Notes: generated by a model not told the origin, from the sequence alone. Positions 1 to 10,888 are shown, counted from the first letter of the stretch. The stretch is DNA of 64,000 nucleotides from Candidatus Falkowbacteria bacterium RIFOXYA2_FULL_47_19 (GCA_001780275.1 MFGB01000016.1:27205-91204), one strand, 5' to 3'. Program-made: numbers and translations.

Positions 1-1
1 G

Positions 2-3000
2 GCGAAAAAAACCTTGGTAGCGGCCGTGATCGGTCTTATTATCATACTGATGTCCTTTGCGATAGCCAGTTTTGTCTTAAACAGCCTTCTTTCCGCTACC
101 GGCGGAAACGCCTGCAATCCGGGTGATCCGCCTCGGAGCTGCGGCTGCTACGGCACGCAGGTCTGCCAGGCCGATAACACCTGGGGGCCTTGCTCGGGCG
201 TTTGCGGCGGCGGCGACGTTTGTTGTCCTTTGACCGGCTGCCAAGCGCCGCCCTGCAGTCCCGGCGGTACGGTTGATTGCGACTCCGTACCCGGTCCGAC
301 TTGTTCGAGCCCGGATAATATGATTTGCGATACCTTTTTCACCCCGGGAACTTATTTTTGCGATCCGACCGCCTGTACCTGCTCGCCTCTGGGCGGATTC
401 GGCGATCCCTGCGACGGTGATAGCGCGACCGCCGTTTGCGACGCCACGGACTCGATGTGCGTAAGCGGTTTAAGATGCGACGATACCGTCGGTTCGCCGA
501 CGGAATGCCGATGTATCGGCGCGCCGGTGATCGATTGGGTAAGTCCGCCGGACGGAGCGCGCGGCAATCTCGTGACGATCGGCGGCCGGTTTTTCGGCGC
601 GGCACCCGGAGAAGTTTATTTTAACGGCGTCCTGGCGCCTTTCCCGAACACGGTCAATCCCAATTGTACCGCTTTCTGGTCTGACAACCAGGTGATCGTG
701 GTCGTTCCGGCCGGAGCACCTATGGGAGCGAACGTCATCCGGCTCGTGAGGTCCTCTGATACGGAAGAAGACACGACGGATAATGCCCGCGGACCGGTAA
801 TTGACCCTGGCTTTATTGTCAATAACACGGTCAGGCCCGGTTTATGCCAGCTGTCAACCACCACCGGCTATTATCAGGATATCATCACTTATCAGGGTAT
901 AAACCTGCCTAACGGCACCCGGACTTATTTCGGGAATTATACCGATAATATAGCGGCTTTAAATTCTTTGTTTACCGATCCGCAAGGCAGATTCGGCACC
1001 GCCGGAGTGCCGGATATGCGCGCCGGCAATACTACTACTTTCGCCTCTTCGACCAACCCGAGCAATTACCTTAATTTCCGGGTATCGACGCTGACCGTTA
1101 CCGGCCCGTATATAACGGGTTTCGAGCCATCCTCCGGACCGCCGGGACAATACGTAACGATCTATGGCGGCGGCTTCGGCGCGGCGCGCGGCGGATCAAG
1201 CGTTTCTTTCGGCGCCACGGAAGCCGATTATGATTTTCCCGAAGATTGCGCGGACAGCGTCTGGACGGATCACCGGGTAATAGTCAAGGTTCCGGACGGG
1301 ATAAGCGGCAGCGAGACCATATTCATGGATGTCGGTTCCTGGCCGCAGATCGACACCGGCACCCTGAACCCCGCCCAATTCAGCATTACCGCCGGCGCTC
1401 CGGCACCGAGCATTTGCCGGATCACGCCGATCATGGGGCCCAATAACAGCCCGGTCTCCTTGTACGGCGAATATTTCGGCGCGGCAGACGATACCGTTTG
1501 GTTCCACCTCAACCACGGCCAGACCACCCACGCTTCCTGGCTTGACAATCCTGATCCGAACGCCGATACCATAGTGACGACGGTCCATCAGCTGGCCGTA
1601 ACCGGTCCCGTATCGGTCGAACAGAGCGGGAGCATCGGAAACAGTATTGACTTTACGGTCGGCTTATGCACGAACGCGCCGGATCCCGACGCCGCTTGCG
1701 GCGGGGTTTGTTGCCCTTCAGGTACCTTTCGGGCGGGACGCTGCGCCACTGACGCGGCGGCAATGGGCGGAAACGGCGACGGCTTTGTAACAATCGAAGA
1801 TTGCTATAATCGGATAACCAGCTCTGTTTACGAATGGGAATTTACGAGCGAAACAGGCACGAGCACTATCCCCGGAGGATTAGGAGATCCCTGCTATGTG
1901 GACGCGCTTACGACCCCGGGCTGCAATCCGATCTACGGTCCTTGCCAGATCGGCTTGTATTGCGATAACGATCCGGCGAGTCCGACCCACTGTACTTGCC
2001 AGACGGCAGCCGCTTTAGAGTCATGTTCCGGTTACAGCATGGATCAGTGTCTTAATTCGAGATTCTGCCCGAATTCTCCCGGCCAGTGTTCGACCGATCC
2101 CGGCGGTTCGACGGAAACCGTAGGAACGTGCGATTCGAGCTGCTCGAGCGTTTCCCCGGCTTGTGCCGGCGGAGCCTGCTCTTATAATAGTGTTATCGAT
2201 CGGTGCGTCGACGGATCGAATTGCGACCTGTCGCCGGTTTTTTACGATATCCTGAACAATCCCGCGCAATCCTATTGCGCCGATTATAGCGGCGCCGCCC
2301 GCTGGCATTTGCGAACCAACCTGAGCTGTCCGACTTCGACCCCGGGATGGATAAAGATCCCGCCGGGTAACGTTTGCGTGAATCCGAATTTGCCTTGCTT
2401 AGCCTGCGCAAACGGCCTTGAATGCCTCGACGATTTAGTGGCTCCTGCTGACGAGGGAGTATGCGCCATAGCGGCGGATATCTGCCCCCCAGGCGCTACC
2501 TGCGCGGCTAACCGGTGCGAACTGACCTCGACACCTGCCTGCGAATGCTGCTGCGAAATTGGCCAGGACGCCCGTGATTGCTGCGTGCCCCTCGAATGCA
2601 CCGGCAGCTGCGGTTCGGGCGGCAGTTTCGGGGAATGTTCCGGCTGCGCTTTGGCGGGCACGACCCAGGCGGAACGCAATGACGCCTGCAATTGCACCGG
2701 CACGAGCGGAAAGTTCTGCGATACCGCTGATCCGGGTTATCCGGACGGAGTTTGCCGGGACTGCACCGGTTTAGCGGGCGCGGCCGATTGCCTAAATATC
2801 GGCGTGGGCAGCTGTTGTTTTGACGAAAAGGATAATGTTGATATATGCCGCGGCGGTGACGGTACTATCCTAGGCGGTTCCTGTCCTTACTGGAACTGCT
2901 TGCCGGTGCCCAATAACGATACCTGTAATACCGGCGCGGCTAACGCGGTTATTGACGGCGATTATCGCGACGAAGTGAGCTGTGTCGCCGGTTGTTTGAT

Positions 3001-5179
3001 GAATAATCCGGCCAATGGATTGGGTTTAAGCTGCGCTTATCAAGTGGCCACTAATACCTGCGATACCGCTGTTTGTCCGGCGCCTTTCGGCTGCATAAAC
3101 GAGGACGGTTCCGCGCCGACGCCCTTTAACGTATCGGGAAATCCCGATACCTGCGGTGTCTGCTGCTGCGATCCGGGCAGCGCGGATTGCGATCCTCTGG
3201 GTCTTGATTGCCAGGCCGATAAATCGCCTTGTACCGGCGGGAGCCGGGGACTCTGCTGCGGCTGCGATACCGATCTTGATTGTTCTTTGACGGGCATCCC
3301 TCCCGTCAACGTCGGTTGCGGGATCGATACCTGCTGTCGGGCCCGGCCCACCATCGTGCCTAATTCGGAGATGCCGGCCGATGACGCTGTCAACATTTGC
3401 CGCAACGCGGTTTTTTCCGTGACTTTCAATCAGCCGATGTCAGTCGCGAGTTTTTCCGGCAATGTCATCGTGGTGGGGGATTATATGGACGCTAATTGTC
3501 CGGCAGGCACGGAATACCTGGCTAGTGATATTCATATAAAAGACCGGAGTCGTTTGGCGTCCCGTATCTATAATAAGATGGGATGGCTCCTTTATCGGAC
3601 GATGGAAACCATCCTACCCTCTTTCCTGGCCGAAGCCTATACGCCCCCGGCCGCAAGCCGTAATTATTGCGCTATTGCCGGAAGTACCGGCGGTTCGACC
3701 TTAAGCGGGCAAACGACCCTGACCTTCACGCCTTCTTCTCTGTTGGAGGGAAACAGGCTTTATTACGTGATTATTAAAGGAGACGAGAATCTCGACTCGA
3801 ACCACGGCGTCCTTTCCGCTTGGGGGGTAGGTTTTAACGGCGGCCTGGACCTAACCTTTAACGGCATAACTTACCGCAATTCGCACGTCTGGTCATTCCG
3901 TACTTTAACCGAGCAGTCCCCCAATAACGGCGTTTGCGAACTTAACCGGGTTGACGTCAGGCCGGAATCTTATCTTTTCCAGACTACCCGCAACGATATC
4001 AATAATGAGAATGATACGAATCCGGCGGATCCGACTTTCGATAAGATCACGGACGCCGATAAGGTTTTTACGGCTTATCCGCTGAGCCGCGACGGCCAGG
4101 TTTTGGGAGCCATACCCGGTCTTTACGATTGGACCTGGACCTGGACGTCAGGCGCTCCCCAGGTAGCCGATATCGCGGCCCCGGGTCCGTTCCCGGTCGG
4201 AGGAGAAGATAAGAAATTGGTGGTTGCCGATGCTCAAACGACCGACGGCTATACTCTTCTTTCCGCCCGGGCCATAATCGGTTCGAGCGTCATACCGACT
4301 TCCCCGGCCGGCACGGTTTATCCCGGCAGTGCGGATGTTTATGTGTTTGTCTGCGAAAATCCCTGGCCTCCGGTCATCGGAGGATTGTGGGCGCCCTGGC
4401 AGGACGCGGCCGGGAATTGCACGCAGGCGGCGGGCGGCTGCGCCAATAGTTATAATTACGAGATCTATTATTGCCGCGACCAGGGTCAGGTCGGAACTTT
4501 CGACGATCTGCCCGCCATAACATATGACCGCGTGATCGTCGGCGAAAATCTTCCCGGTCTCCTTAAGGAATATTATTTCTTCCGGGAAGCGGCGCCGGTA
4601 TCGACGACTACCCTTAATGTGACCAATGGCGGCACAGGCGGAAGCGTGACCGCGACCTGGAATCCGCCGGTAGCCGGCGCCAGCGGTTATCGTCTTTACT
4701 GGGGAACGTCTCCGGGTTTTTACGGCAGCAATGTTGATGCCGGCAATATTTTAAGCTATAATATAACCGGTTTAACCGACGATATTCCTTATTATTTCAA
4801 TATCACGTCCTATAATGCCGCGGGAGCGGAAAGCGGGATGAACGGCGAATTCGGACCGGTCATTCCTAGGGACACGACAGCGCCGCTAGCCCCCACGGGA
4901 CTTACCGGTACTGCTGGCAACGGAGAGGCGCGTTTAAGCTGGAATCCCGATACAACGGGAAGTATAGCTGATTATACGGTTTATTTCCGGAGCGGTTCAG
5001 GCTGCGCCGGAGCTACTCCTCCGGCCTGCTACGGCAACTCGGAGGATATCGGGCTGGACGAAGAAATAATAATATCCGGATTGACGGCCGGCACTAATTA
5101 TTATTTCGCGATAACGGGGAGCGATGACGCCGGCAACGAAAGCGGATACTCGAATGAGGTTATGGTAATGCCCAATTAA
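2..5179 (+). CDS. giant Cys-rich surface/secreted protein with an N-terminal TM helix, IPT/TIG-like modules and two C-terminal fibronectin type III domains; probably 5'-partial in this window
   Basis: The ORF track gives 14..5179 (TTG start), but the frame stays open to base 2. Hydrophobic helix VAAVIGLIIILMSFAIASFVL. Dozens of Cys in CC/CxC/CxxC patterns. Three IPT-like units (PVIDWVSPPDGARGNLVTIGGRFFG, PYITGFEPSSGPPGQYVTIYGGGFG, PSICRITPIMGPNNSPVSLYGEYFG). Two FN3-like units (WNPPVAGASGYRLYWG..YYFNITSYNAAGAES and LSWNPD..YTVYF..YYFAITGSDDAGNES). Confidence 0.8.
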   Translation, partial: AKKTLVAAVIGLIIILMSFAIASFVLNSLLSATGGNACNPGDPPRSCGCYGTQVCQADNTWGPCSGVCGGGDVCCPLTGCQAPPCSPGGTVDCDSVPGPTCSSPDNMICDTFFTPGTYFCDPTACTCSPLGGFGDPCDGDSATAVCDATDSMCVSGLRCDDTVGSPTECRCIGAPVIDWVSPPDGARGNLVTIGGRFFGAAPGEVYFNGVLAPFPNTVNPNCTAFWSDNQVIVVVPAGAPMGANVIRLVRSSDTEEDTTDNARGPVIDPGFIVNNTVRPGLCQLSTTTGYYQDIITYQGINLPNGTRTYFGNYTDNIAALNSLFTDPQGRFGTAGVPDMRAGNTTTFASSTNPSNYLNFRVSTLTVTGPYITGFEPSSGPPGQYVTIYGGGFGAARGGSSVSFGATEADYDFPEDCADSVWTDHRVIVKVPDGISGSETIFMDVGSWPQIDTGTLNPAQFSITAGAPAPSICRITPIMGPNNSPVSLYGEYFGAADDTVWFHLNHGQTTHASWLDNPDPNADTIVTTVHQLAVTGPVSVEQSGSIGNSIDFTVGLCTNAPDPDAACGGVCCPSGTFRAGRCATDAAAMGGNGDGFVTIEDCYNRITSSVYEWEFTSETGTSTIPGGLGDPCYVDALTTPGCNPIYGPCQIGLYCDNDPASPTHCTCQTAAALESCSGYSMDQCLNSRFCPNSPGQCSTDPGGSTETVGTCDSSCSSVSPACAGGACSYNSVIDRCVDGSNCDLSPVFYDILNNPAQSYCADYSGAARWHLRTNLSCPTSTPGWIKIPPGNVCVNPNLPCLACANGLECLDDLVAPADEGVCAIAADICPPGATCAANRCELTSTPACECCCEIGQDARDCCVPLECTGSCGSGGSFGECSGCALAGTTQAERNDACNCTGTSGKFCDTADPGYPDGVCRDCTGLAGAADCLNIGVGSCCFDEKDNVDICRGGDGTILGGSCPYWNCLPVPNNDTCNTGAANAVIDGDYRDEVSCVAGCLMNNPANGLGLSCAYQVATNTCDTAVCPAPFGCINEDGSAPTPFNVSGNPDTCGVCCCDPGSADCDPLGLDCQADKSPCTGGSRGLCCGCDTDLDCSLTGIPPVNVGCGIDTCCRARPTIVPNSEMPADDAVNICRNAVFSVTFNQPMSVASFSGNVIVVGDYMDANCPAGTEYLASDIHIKDRSRLASRIYNKMGWLLYRTMETILPSFLAEAYTPPAASRNYCAIAGSTGGSTLSGQTTLTFTPSSLLEGNRLYYVIIKGDENLDSNHGVLSAWGVGFNGGLDLTFNGITYRNSHVWSFRTLTEQSPNNGVCELNRVDVRPESYLFQTTRNDINNENDTNPADPTFDKITDADKVFTAYPLSRDGQVLGAIPGLYDWTWTWTSGAPQVADIAAPGPFPVGGEDKKLVVADAQTTDGYTLLSARAIIGSSVIPTSPAGTVYPGSADVYVFVCENPWPPVIGGLWAPWQDAAGNCTQAAGGCANSYNYEIYYCRDQGQVGTFDDLPAITYDRVIVGENLPGLLKEYYFFREAAPVSTTTLNVTNGGTGGSVTATWNPPVAGASGYRLYWGTSPGFYGSNVDAGNILSYNITGLTDDIPYYFNITSYNAAGAESGMNGEFGPVIPRDTTAPLAPTGLTGTAGNGEARLSWNPDTTGSIADYTVYFRSGSGCAGATPPACYGNSEDIGLDEEIIISGLTAGTNYYFAITGSDDAGNESGYSNEVMVMPN

Positions 5180-5337
5180 CGGGCATTCGATATTGATTAT
5201 CGGATATTTCTCTTGTAAAGGCGAAATTTTCGATAACCAATATCGAAATATTGGGATTATTTTTTAAAAAGAAATATTTTAAATACAGTAGTGATTCAAC
5301 ATGCTGTCTACTGCATTTTGTTATTTCTTGAAATTTT

Positions 5338-6105
5338 ATGTTCGATAATATCGCCTCGAGTGATCGGAACAATGATCTTTCCGCTGCGCAAAAACAGCCA
5401 GCCGGCAAAGAAGCGGAAAATAACGATAAGGATAAAAAACCGCTTATGTCCGGCCGGACGGTAGAGGATATTTTCGCTGATACGGATAAGGCTGGCGCGG
5501 CCTTGCCCGCTCCGAAGGTTAAACCGGCTATTTTCCAACCCAGGACAAGCCCGGCTTTACTTGAGAATTACGGCCATGACGACATCAATTCCGCCGATAA
5601 ACACGCTTCAAAGAAGCTTTTGCTTTTGGCGGCCTTGATCATCGCCTTTATCGCGATAGCCGGGGGCGGTTATCTGATTTTCGGGCTTTTTTTCGATACG
5701 GCGGATAACGTACCTGCGGCCGAACCCATCGAAAACGATGTTTTTCCGGTAGGAACCAAGGATGATATCGTGATTCCGGTAAATAACGACGAGATACCGG
5801 TGCCGGACAATACGGCGCCGGAGGGCGAAGTTCCTCAGTTTACCGACACTGCTCCTGAAACGGAAAATAAAACGGATATTGATACCGACCAGGACGGGTT
5901 AACTGACGCGGAAGAGGAATCCTTAGGCACGGATACGATCAGCGCGGACAGCGATGGCGACGGCCTTTTTGACCGCGAAGAGGTAAGAGTTTACATGACC
6001 GACCCTTTAAATCCCGATACCGATGGAGACGGTTACGCCGACGGCGGAGAGGTAAATAATGGTTTTAATCCCAAGGGAGCGGGAAAATTGTACGATATGA
6101 ATTAG
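5338..6105 (+). CDS. membrane-anchored protein with thrombospondin type-3-like Ca-binding repeats
   Basis: Single TM segment (LLLLAALIIAFIAIAGGGYLIFGLFF). C-terminal repeats DTDQDGLTDAEE, DSDGDGLFDREE and DTDGDGYADGGE. Confidence 0.65.
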   Translation: MFDNIASSDRNNDLSAAQKQPAGKEAENNDKDKKPLMSGRTVEDIFADTDKAGAALPAPKVKPAIFQPRTSPALLENYGHDDINSADKHASKKLLLLAALIIAFIAIAGGGYLIFGLFFDTADNVPAAEPIENDVFPVGTKDDIVIPVNNDEIPVPDNTAPEGEVPQFTDTAPETENKTDIDTDQDGLTDAEEESLGTDTISADSDGDGLFDREEVRVYMTDPLNPDTDGDGYADGGEVNNGFNPKGAGKLYDMN

Positions 6106-6169
6106 AAATCTCAGTTTTTGGAAGTATTTACGGAAAGCAGTCTCGTAAAGCATCCAAAGAAGCATAAAT

Positions 6170-7219
6170 ATGGATATGAACAAAAAACCGGATAACCTGA
6201 TAAAGCCTTTAAGCGGCCAGACCGGAGGTCAGGTAACCATACATACCATGCCGGAAAGATTTTTTTTCGAAAAGCCGACGGCACAGAAAAGCAAGTTTAC
6301 CGGCATCCTGATATTATCGATTGGGGCGGTATTGCTTTTGGCTATATTCGCGGCCGCTTATTTTTATTTTTCGATGACCCCCGGGAGCGGGAATGCGCCC
6401 GCTCCGGCGGATACCGGCATCCTAAACAACGTAACGAATAATGTTGCCACGAACAATGCGCCGGCGGAAACGATCGGCGGGAATGACGCCACTAATGAAA
6501 ATAATACAGACCACAATCCGCCAGTCGCGGTTGAGCCGTCCTTTATCGAGGCGGAAGAAGATTTTTCCTCTTCTACCGCCGCCGTTCCCGCTACCCCATC
6601 TCCGGAAACCGCCACCTCCTCCTCCGAGATCGAAACGCCCGTTCCGACAATAACAATAGAAATAAAAGCCGCTCCGGACGGCGATTATGACGGTTTGTCC
6701 GACATCGAAGAAACACTTTTGGGAACAAACAAGGACTCCGGCGATAGCGACGGCGACGGGTACGGCGATCTCCCCGAACTATTGAACCTGTACAATCCCG
6801 CCGGTACCGGCCTCTTAGTTATTAACACGAGCATTGAAAGGTATATTAACAGCAAATACCAATATAAACTGTTCTATCCGGAAACATGGGAACTTATTTC
6901 GGTCGGAGCCGAAGATTCGATCATGATAAAAGCTGATAACGGCCAGTTTTTCCAGGTAATTATCCAGCCCAACAGCGGTTATGCCACGATCGAAGATTGG
7001 TACGTGAAGCAATTCGAGGTGGAGAGCGTAAAGAGCAGCCAGAAGATATATAAGAAGGGCTGGCGGGGGATCAAGGGCGAAAACGGGCTTACGATCTATC
7101 TTCTTCCGGCTGACGGGAAGAATATTTTTACTTTGAATTATAATGTCGGCGCGGACAATACTTCCCACTATGGCCGTATTTTCGACATGATGATGAATTC
7201 ACTGGAAATTATCGAATAG
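6170..7219 (+). CDS. membrane-anchored protein with TSP3-like repeats and a globular C-terminal domain
   Basis: TM helix GILILSIGAVLLLAIFAAAYFYF, then an N/T/P/S-rich linker, the repeats DGDYDGLSDIEE and DSDGDGYGDLPE, and a non-repetitive C-terminal domain of about 140 aa. Confidence 0.65.
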   Translation: MDMNKKPDNLIKPLSGQTGGQVTIHTMPERFFFEKPTAQKSKFTGILILSIGAVLLLAIFAAAYFYFSMTPGSGNAPAPADTGILNNVTNNVATNNAPAETIGGNDATNENNTDHNPPVAVEPSFIEAEEDFSSSTAAVPATPSPETATSSSEIETPVPTITIEIKAAPDGDYDGLSDIEETLLGTNKDSGDSDGDGYGDLPELLNLYNPAGTGLLVINTSIERYINSKYQYKLFYPETWELISVGAEDSIMIKADNGQFFQVIIQPNSGYATIEDWYVKQFEVESVKSSQKIYKKGWRGIKGENGLTIYLLPADGKNIFTLNYNVGADNTSHYGRIFDMMMNSLEIIE

Positions 7220-7220
7220 A

Positions 7221-7631
7221 ATGAATATGATAGAAATCAACAATCGGACCCGGAGCAAGATAGACCTTAAGCTTGTAAGAATGGTAACGGACAAATTCTT
7301 AAGGCAGAACGGACTCGGGAACCGGGAGTTGTCAATAGCTTTCGTCGGCGATATCGTAATGAGGAGGCTAAACGGAGAATATCGCAAAAAAGACAAAGTT
7401 ACCGACGTTTTGGCTTTTCCCGGAGAAGGCAATGATCTCGGCGAGATCATAATAGATTACGCCCAGATAAAAAGGCAGGCGAAGAAATTCTCTCCGAACC
7501 CGAAATCAGAACTGGTCTTTATTCTGGTACATGCTCTACTGCATTTATTGGGATACGATGATGTAACGGCGGGGGGCAGAGCGGAAATGATCGCCTTGGG
7601 TGAAAAGTTCATAAAAAAATTACGAGTATGA
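7221..7631 (+). CDS. ybeY: rRNA maturation endoribonuclease YbeY
   Basis: HALLHLLGYDD matches the H-x3-H-x5-H zinc motif of the YbeY family. Size is about 136 aa. The stop overlaps the next start (ATGA at 7628-7631). Confidence 0.9.
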   Translation: MNMIEINNRTRSKIDLKLVRMVTDKFLRQNGLGNRELSIAFVGDIVMRRLNGEYRKKDKVTDVLAFPGEGNDLGEIIIDYAQIKRQAKKFSPNPKSELVFILVHALLHLLGYDDVTAGGRAEMIALGEKFIKKLRV

Positions 7632-7996
7632 TAAATATAAAACGCCTGGCAAAAAGCTTTAAATACGCTTTCCAGGGGCTTGTTAAAACCTTTAAGGAGG
7701 AGCAGAACCTTAAGCTTCAGACCGGTATTGCCATTTTGGCTGTGATTTTAGCCGTTTTTTTCCGTATCAGCCGTCTGGAGTGGTGTTTTCTGGTTTTTAC
7801 TATCGGTCTGGTTATACTCATGGAAATCGCCAATAGCGCCGTAGAAAGAATAACCGACGTGCTTAAACCAAGGATTAACAGCTATGTTAAGGAAATAAAG
7901 GATATTATGGCGGCGGCGGTAATGCTTTCCTCGATGGTCGCTATAATTATCGGTTTAATAATTTTTTTTCCGTATATACGGCCATTTTTTATTTGA
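7628..7996 (+). CDS. dgkA: diacylglycerol/undecaprenol kinase (DgkA family)
   Basis: 122 aa with three TM segments and a MEIANSAVERITD motif typical of DgkA. Sits in the usual ybeY-dgkA arrangement. Confidence 0.85.
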   Translation: MINIKRLAKSFKYAFQGLVKTFKEEQNLKLQTGIAILAVILAVFFRISRLEWCFLVFTIGLVILMEIANSAVERITDVLKPRINSYVKEIKDIMAAAVMLSSMVAIIIGLIIFFPYIRPFFI

Positions 7997-8047
7997 AATT
8001 TTCAGCATAAATGCTATAATTAATTAACGATAAAGGAATTTGAGTAT

Positions 8048-8140
8048 TTCGTTAAAATTCGTGAGTATTCGTTATTTTCGTGTTTACGGTTTTTGGGCGT
8101 CAAAGACGAAAATTGCGAAATATCACGAAAAAACAAAACG
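8048..8140. repeat. phased TTCGT x4 / ACGAA x3 inverted array (copy A)
   Basis: TTCGT starts at 8048, 8058, 8068 and 8077. The inverse (A/G)CGAA starts at 8106, 8115 and 8125. The 38-nt left arm matches copy B at 35 of 38 positions. Confidence 0.8.
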
Positions 8141-8166
8141 TGCCAAAGACCTAATTTTTTAAAGAT

Positions 8167-9423
8167 ATGAAAGAAAACATCATCGCCGGACTTGATATCG
8201 GTTCAACCGCCGTAAGGCTCGTGATCGGACATAGGAAAGGCGGAGGATCAAAGGAATCCCTGCAGATCATCGGCGCGGTCAGCGTTCCGTCCGAAGGAAT
8301 CAACCGGGGAGCCGTGAAAAGCATAGAAGATGTGACTTCTTCTATTTCAGCTTGCCTCGAAAAAGCGGAGAGGCTTGTCGGGCTTCCGGTGGAAACGGTT
8401 TGGGTAAGCATCAACAGTCCGCACATAAAATGCGAGAAAAGCCGGGGTGTCGTGGCCGTGGGTCGGAGTGACGGCGAGATCAACCAGGATGACGTTGAAC
8501 GCGCCCTGGAAGCCGCCCGAGCCATGTCGGTTCCCCCTAATTACGAAATACTCCACGTGATTCCCGTAAAATTCACGGTAGACAGCCAGGAGGACATAAA
8601 AGACCCGATCGGTATGACCGGCATAAGGCTTGAGGTAGAGACGCTCGTTATCCAGGGGCTTTCAAGTCAGATAAAAAATCTTACTAAAGCGATATTCCGG
8701 ACCGGACTCGATATCGAAGATCTGGTTTCATCGCCTTTGGCGGCCGCTGAAGCCGTGATCGGAACGAAGCAGAAAGAACTGGGCGCAGCCCTGGTCAATA
8801 TCGGCGCCTCGACCACGAGTCTGGCCGTTTTTGAAGAAGGGGAGCTTCTGCATACGGCCGTCATACCGATAGGCTCCGAACATATTACTGCCGATATCGC
8901 TATTGGCCTTCGCTGCCCGATAAACCTGGCCGAAAGGATTAAGAACGAATACGGCTGTGTCCGGCCCGAACAAATAAATAAAAAAGACGAGATCGATATT
9001 AGCAATCTGGCGAAAGAAGAGAACGCCGAAGGCGAACTTTCTACGGTTTCGCGCCGTTATCTGGCCGAGATAATAGAAGCGCGGGTTGAAGAGATATTCA
9101 ATAAGGTGGATAACGAATTCAAATCGATCGAGCGTTCCGGCATGCTTCCCGGCGGGGTGTTCCTGATCGGCGGCGGCATCAGGCTCACGGATATGGTCGA
9201 GGTCGCCAAAAGAGAACTTAAATTGCCTGTTTCCCTGGGCACGAATATAAATGTCGCGACCGTGATCGATAAAGCCAACGAAACGGAATTTTTAAACGCT
9301 TTGGGACTGGTCGTCTGGGGAAACGAAGCTATTGCCGCCGGAGGCGGTTTTTCCGCCAGCCGGACAGCAGTCAATAAATCCATCGAGAAAGTAAAGAAAT
9401 GGTTCTCATCCTTAATCCCTTAA
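8167..9423 (+). CDS. ftsA: cell division protein FtsA
   Basis: Actin-fold N-terminus (IIAGLDIGSTAVRLVIG), 418 aa, immediately upstream of ftsZ. Confidence 0.92.
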   Translation: MKENIIAGLDIGSTAVRLVIGHRKGGGSKESLQIIGAVSVPSEGINRGAVKSIEDVTSSISACLEKAERLVGLPVETVWVSINSPHIKCEKSRGVVAVGRSDGEINQDDVERALEAARAMSVPPNYEILHVIPVKFTVDSQEDIKDPIGMTGIRLEVETLVIQGLSSQIKNLTKAIFRTGLDIEDLVSSPLAAAEAVIGTKQKELGAALVNIGASTTSLAVFEEGELLHTAVIPIGSEHITADIAIGLRCPINLAERIKNEYGCVRPEQINKKDEIDISNLAKEENAEGELSTVSRRYLAEIIEARVEEIFNKVDNEFKSIERSGMLPGGVFLIGGGIRLTDMVEVAKRELKLPVSLGTNINVATVIDKANETEFLNALGLVVWGNEAIAAGGGFSASRTAVNKSIEKVKKWFSSLIP

Positions 9424-9446
9424 AACCGATTTTCAGATTAATATAA

Positions 9447-9473
9447 GCGAATACCCTCCCGGTATTCGTTTTA
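9447..9473 (+). terminator. intrinsic terminator after ftsA
   Basis: CGAATACC / GGTATTCG stem with a 5-nt loop, followed by TTTT. Confidence 0.7.
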
Positions 9474-9659
9474 GGTTACTGTATAAAAAATTTGTACAAT
9501 GATTCTAAAAACCCTTACTCTTGCTAAATTCGCGTTTATATTATAAAATATAGTTAGTTATTGGGGATAGTGTATACTGGTTTGATAACCTTGTAAAATG
9601 CGTTGTTTTATCGAAAATAACGTTTAAATACTGTTTATAAACTAAGTTACTAAATATAT

Positions 9660-10856
9660 ATGGCCGAAATAAAACCAGTCATGGAAACATTCGCGAAAAT
9701 AAAGGTGGTCGGCGTCGGCGGAGGGGGCGGTTCTGCCGTTGACCGCATGGTTGCCGCCGGCTTGAAGGGCGTCGAATTTATCGCCGTCAATACGGACGTG
9801 CAGGCTTTGCATTACAATAAATCGTCGAAGAAACTGCATATCGGCAAATCGATAACGAGAGGACTGGGAGCCGGCATGAATCCCGAGCTCGGCCGTCAGG
9901 CGGCCGAGGAGTCCCAGAACGAGATTCGGGATGCGCTTAAGGACGCCGATATGGTATTCGTGACCTGCGGTCTGGGAGGAGGAACGGGTACGGGCGCTTC
10001 GCCGATCGTAGCCGAGATCGCGCGCGATCTGGGAGCTTTGACCGTTGCCGTGGTAACGAAACCCTTCGCCTTTGAAGGAGCGCAGAGAAGGAATATCGCC
10101 GAAAGGGGTTTGACCGAACTTACCGATAAGGTCGATACTATAATAACGATTCCGAACGATAAGCTGCTTCAGGTTATAGACAAAAAAACCAGCTTACTGG
10201 ACGCGTTCATGGTCGTGGACGAGATACTTCACCAGGGCGTCCAGGGTATTGCGGAACTGATCACGATTCCGGGCCTTATAAACGTCGATTTTGCCGACGT
10301 TAAAGCGGTCATGGCCAACGCCGGGTCAGCCCTGATGGGCATCGGCCAGTCTTCAGGAGAGAATAAGGCGATCGAAGCCGCCAAGTCGGCGATAAGCTCG
10401 CCTCTTCTTGAGATGTCGATCGAAGGCGCCCGCGGGGTTCTCTTTACGATCACTGGCGGGAGCAACCTGGGCATGAACGAAGTTAACGAAGCCGCGAAGA
10501 TAATCACGGCTGCCGCCGACGAAGAAGCGAAAATAATCTTCGGCGCGGTCATTAACGATAAGATGAAGGATGAGATAAAGATCACGGTCGTGGCTACGGG
10601 TTTCGACGGCCGCGTCAATAACGAGGGAAAGATAGTGAGCCCGAAATCGAGCTATACCAAGAACTCCTATATCGCCGAAAAAGAGAAAGAATCCATTTCG
10701 CATAAAGAGGTGGATCTGCCGGAAAGGCCGGCTCATAAGATCTCCCCGTTAAAAGCCGCGCAGGCGGAACCGGCCAAGAAAAAGCGGGTCGATGCTATGG
10801 ACGAAGAAGATGAAGAATTGGGTATACCGGCATTTATTAGGAAGAAGATGGGATAA
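9660..10856 (+). CDS. ftsZ: cell division GTPase FtsZ
   Basis: Tubulin signature [24 protein letters not shown] near the N-terminus, and a conserved C-terminal peptide ([10 protein letters not shown]). Confidence 0.97.
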   Translation: MAEIKPVMETFAKIKVVGVGGGGGSAVDRMVAAGLKGVEFIAVNTDVQALHYNKSSKKLHIGKSITRGLGAGMNPELGRQAAEESQNEIRDALKDADMVFVTCGLGGGTGTGASPIVAEIARDLGALTVAVVTKPFAFEGAQRRNIAERGLTELTDKVDTIITIPNDKLLQVIDKKTSLLDAFMVVDEILHQGVQGIAELITIPGLINVDFADVKAVMANAGSALMGIGQSSGENKAIEAAKSAISSPLLEMSIEGARGVLFTITGGSNLGMNEVNEAAKIITAAADEEAKIIFGAVINDKMKDEIKITVVATGFDGRVNNEGKIVSPKSSYTKNSYIAEKEKESISHKEVDLPERPAHKISPLKAAQAEPAKKKRVDAMDEEDEELGIPAFIRKKMG

Positions 10857-10888
10857 TATTAATAAAATTTATTGATTATACACAAAAA

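Noticed and set aside
8048-8140. The short-repeat arrays (also at 11823, 12844 and 38439), considered as CRISPR-like arrays.
   Set aside because: The repeat core is only 5-8 nt with a 7-10 nt period, there are no unique spacers of 25-40 nt, and there are no cas genes in the window. The arrays are inverted, not direct.
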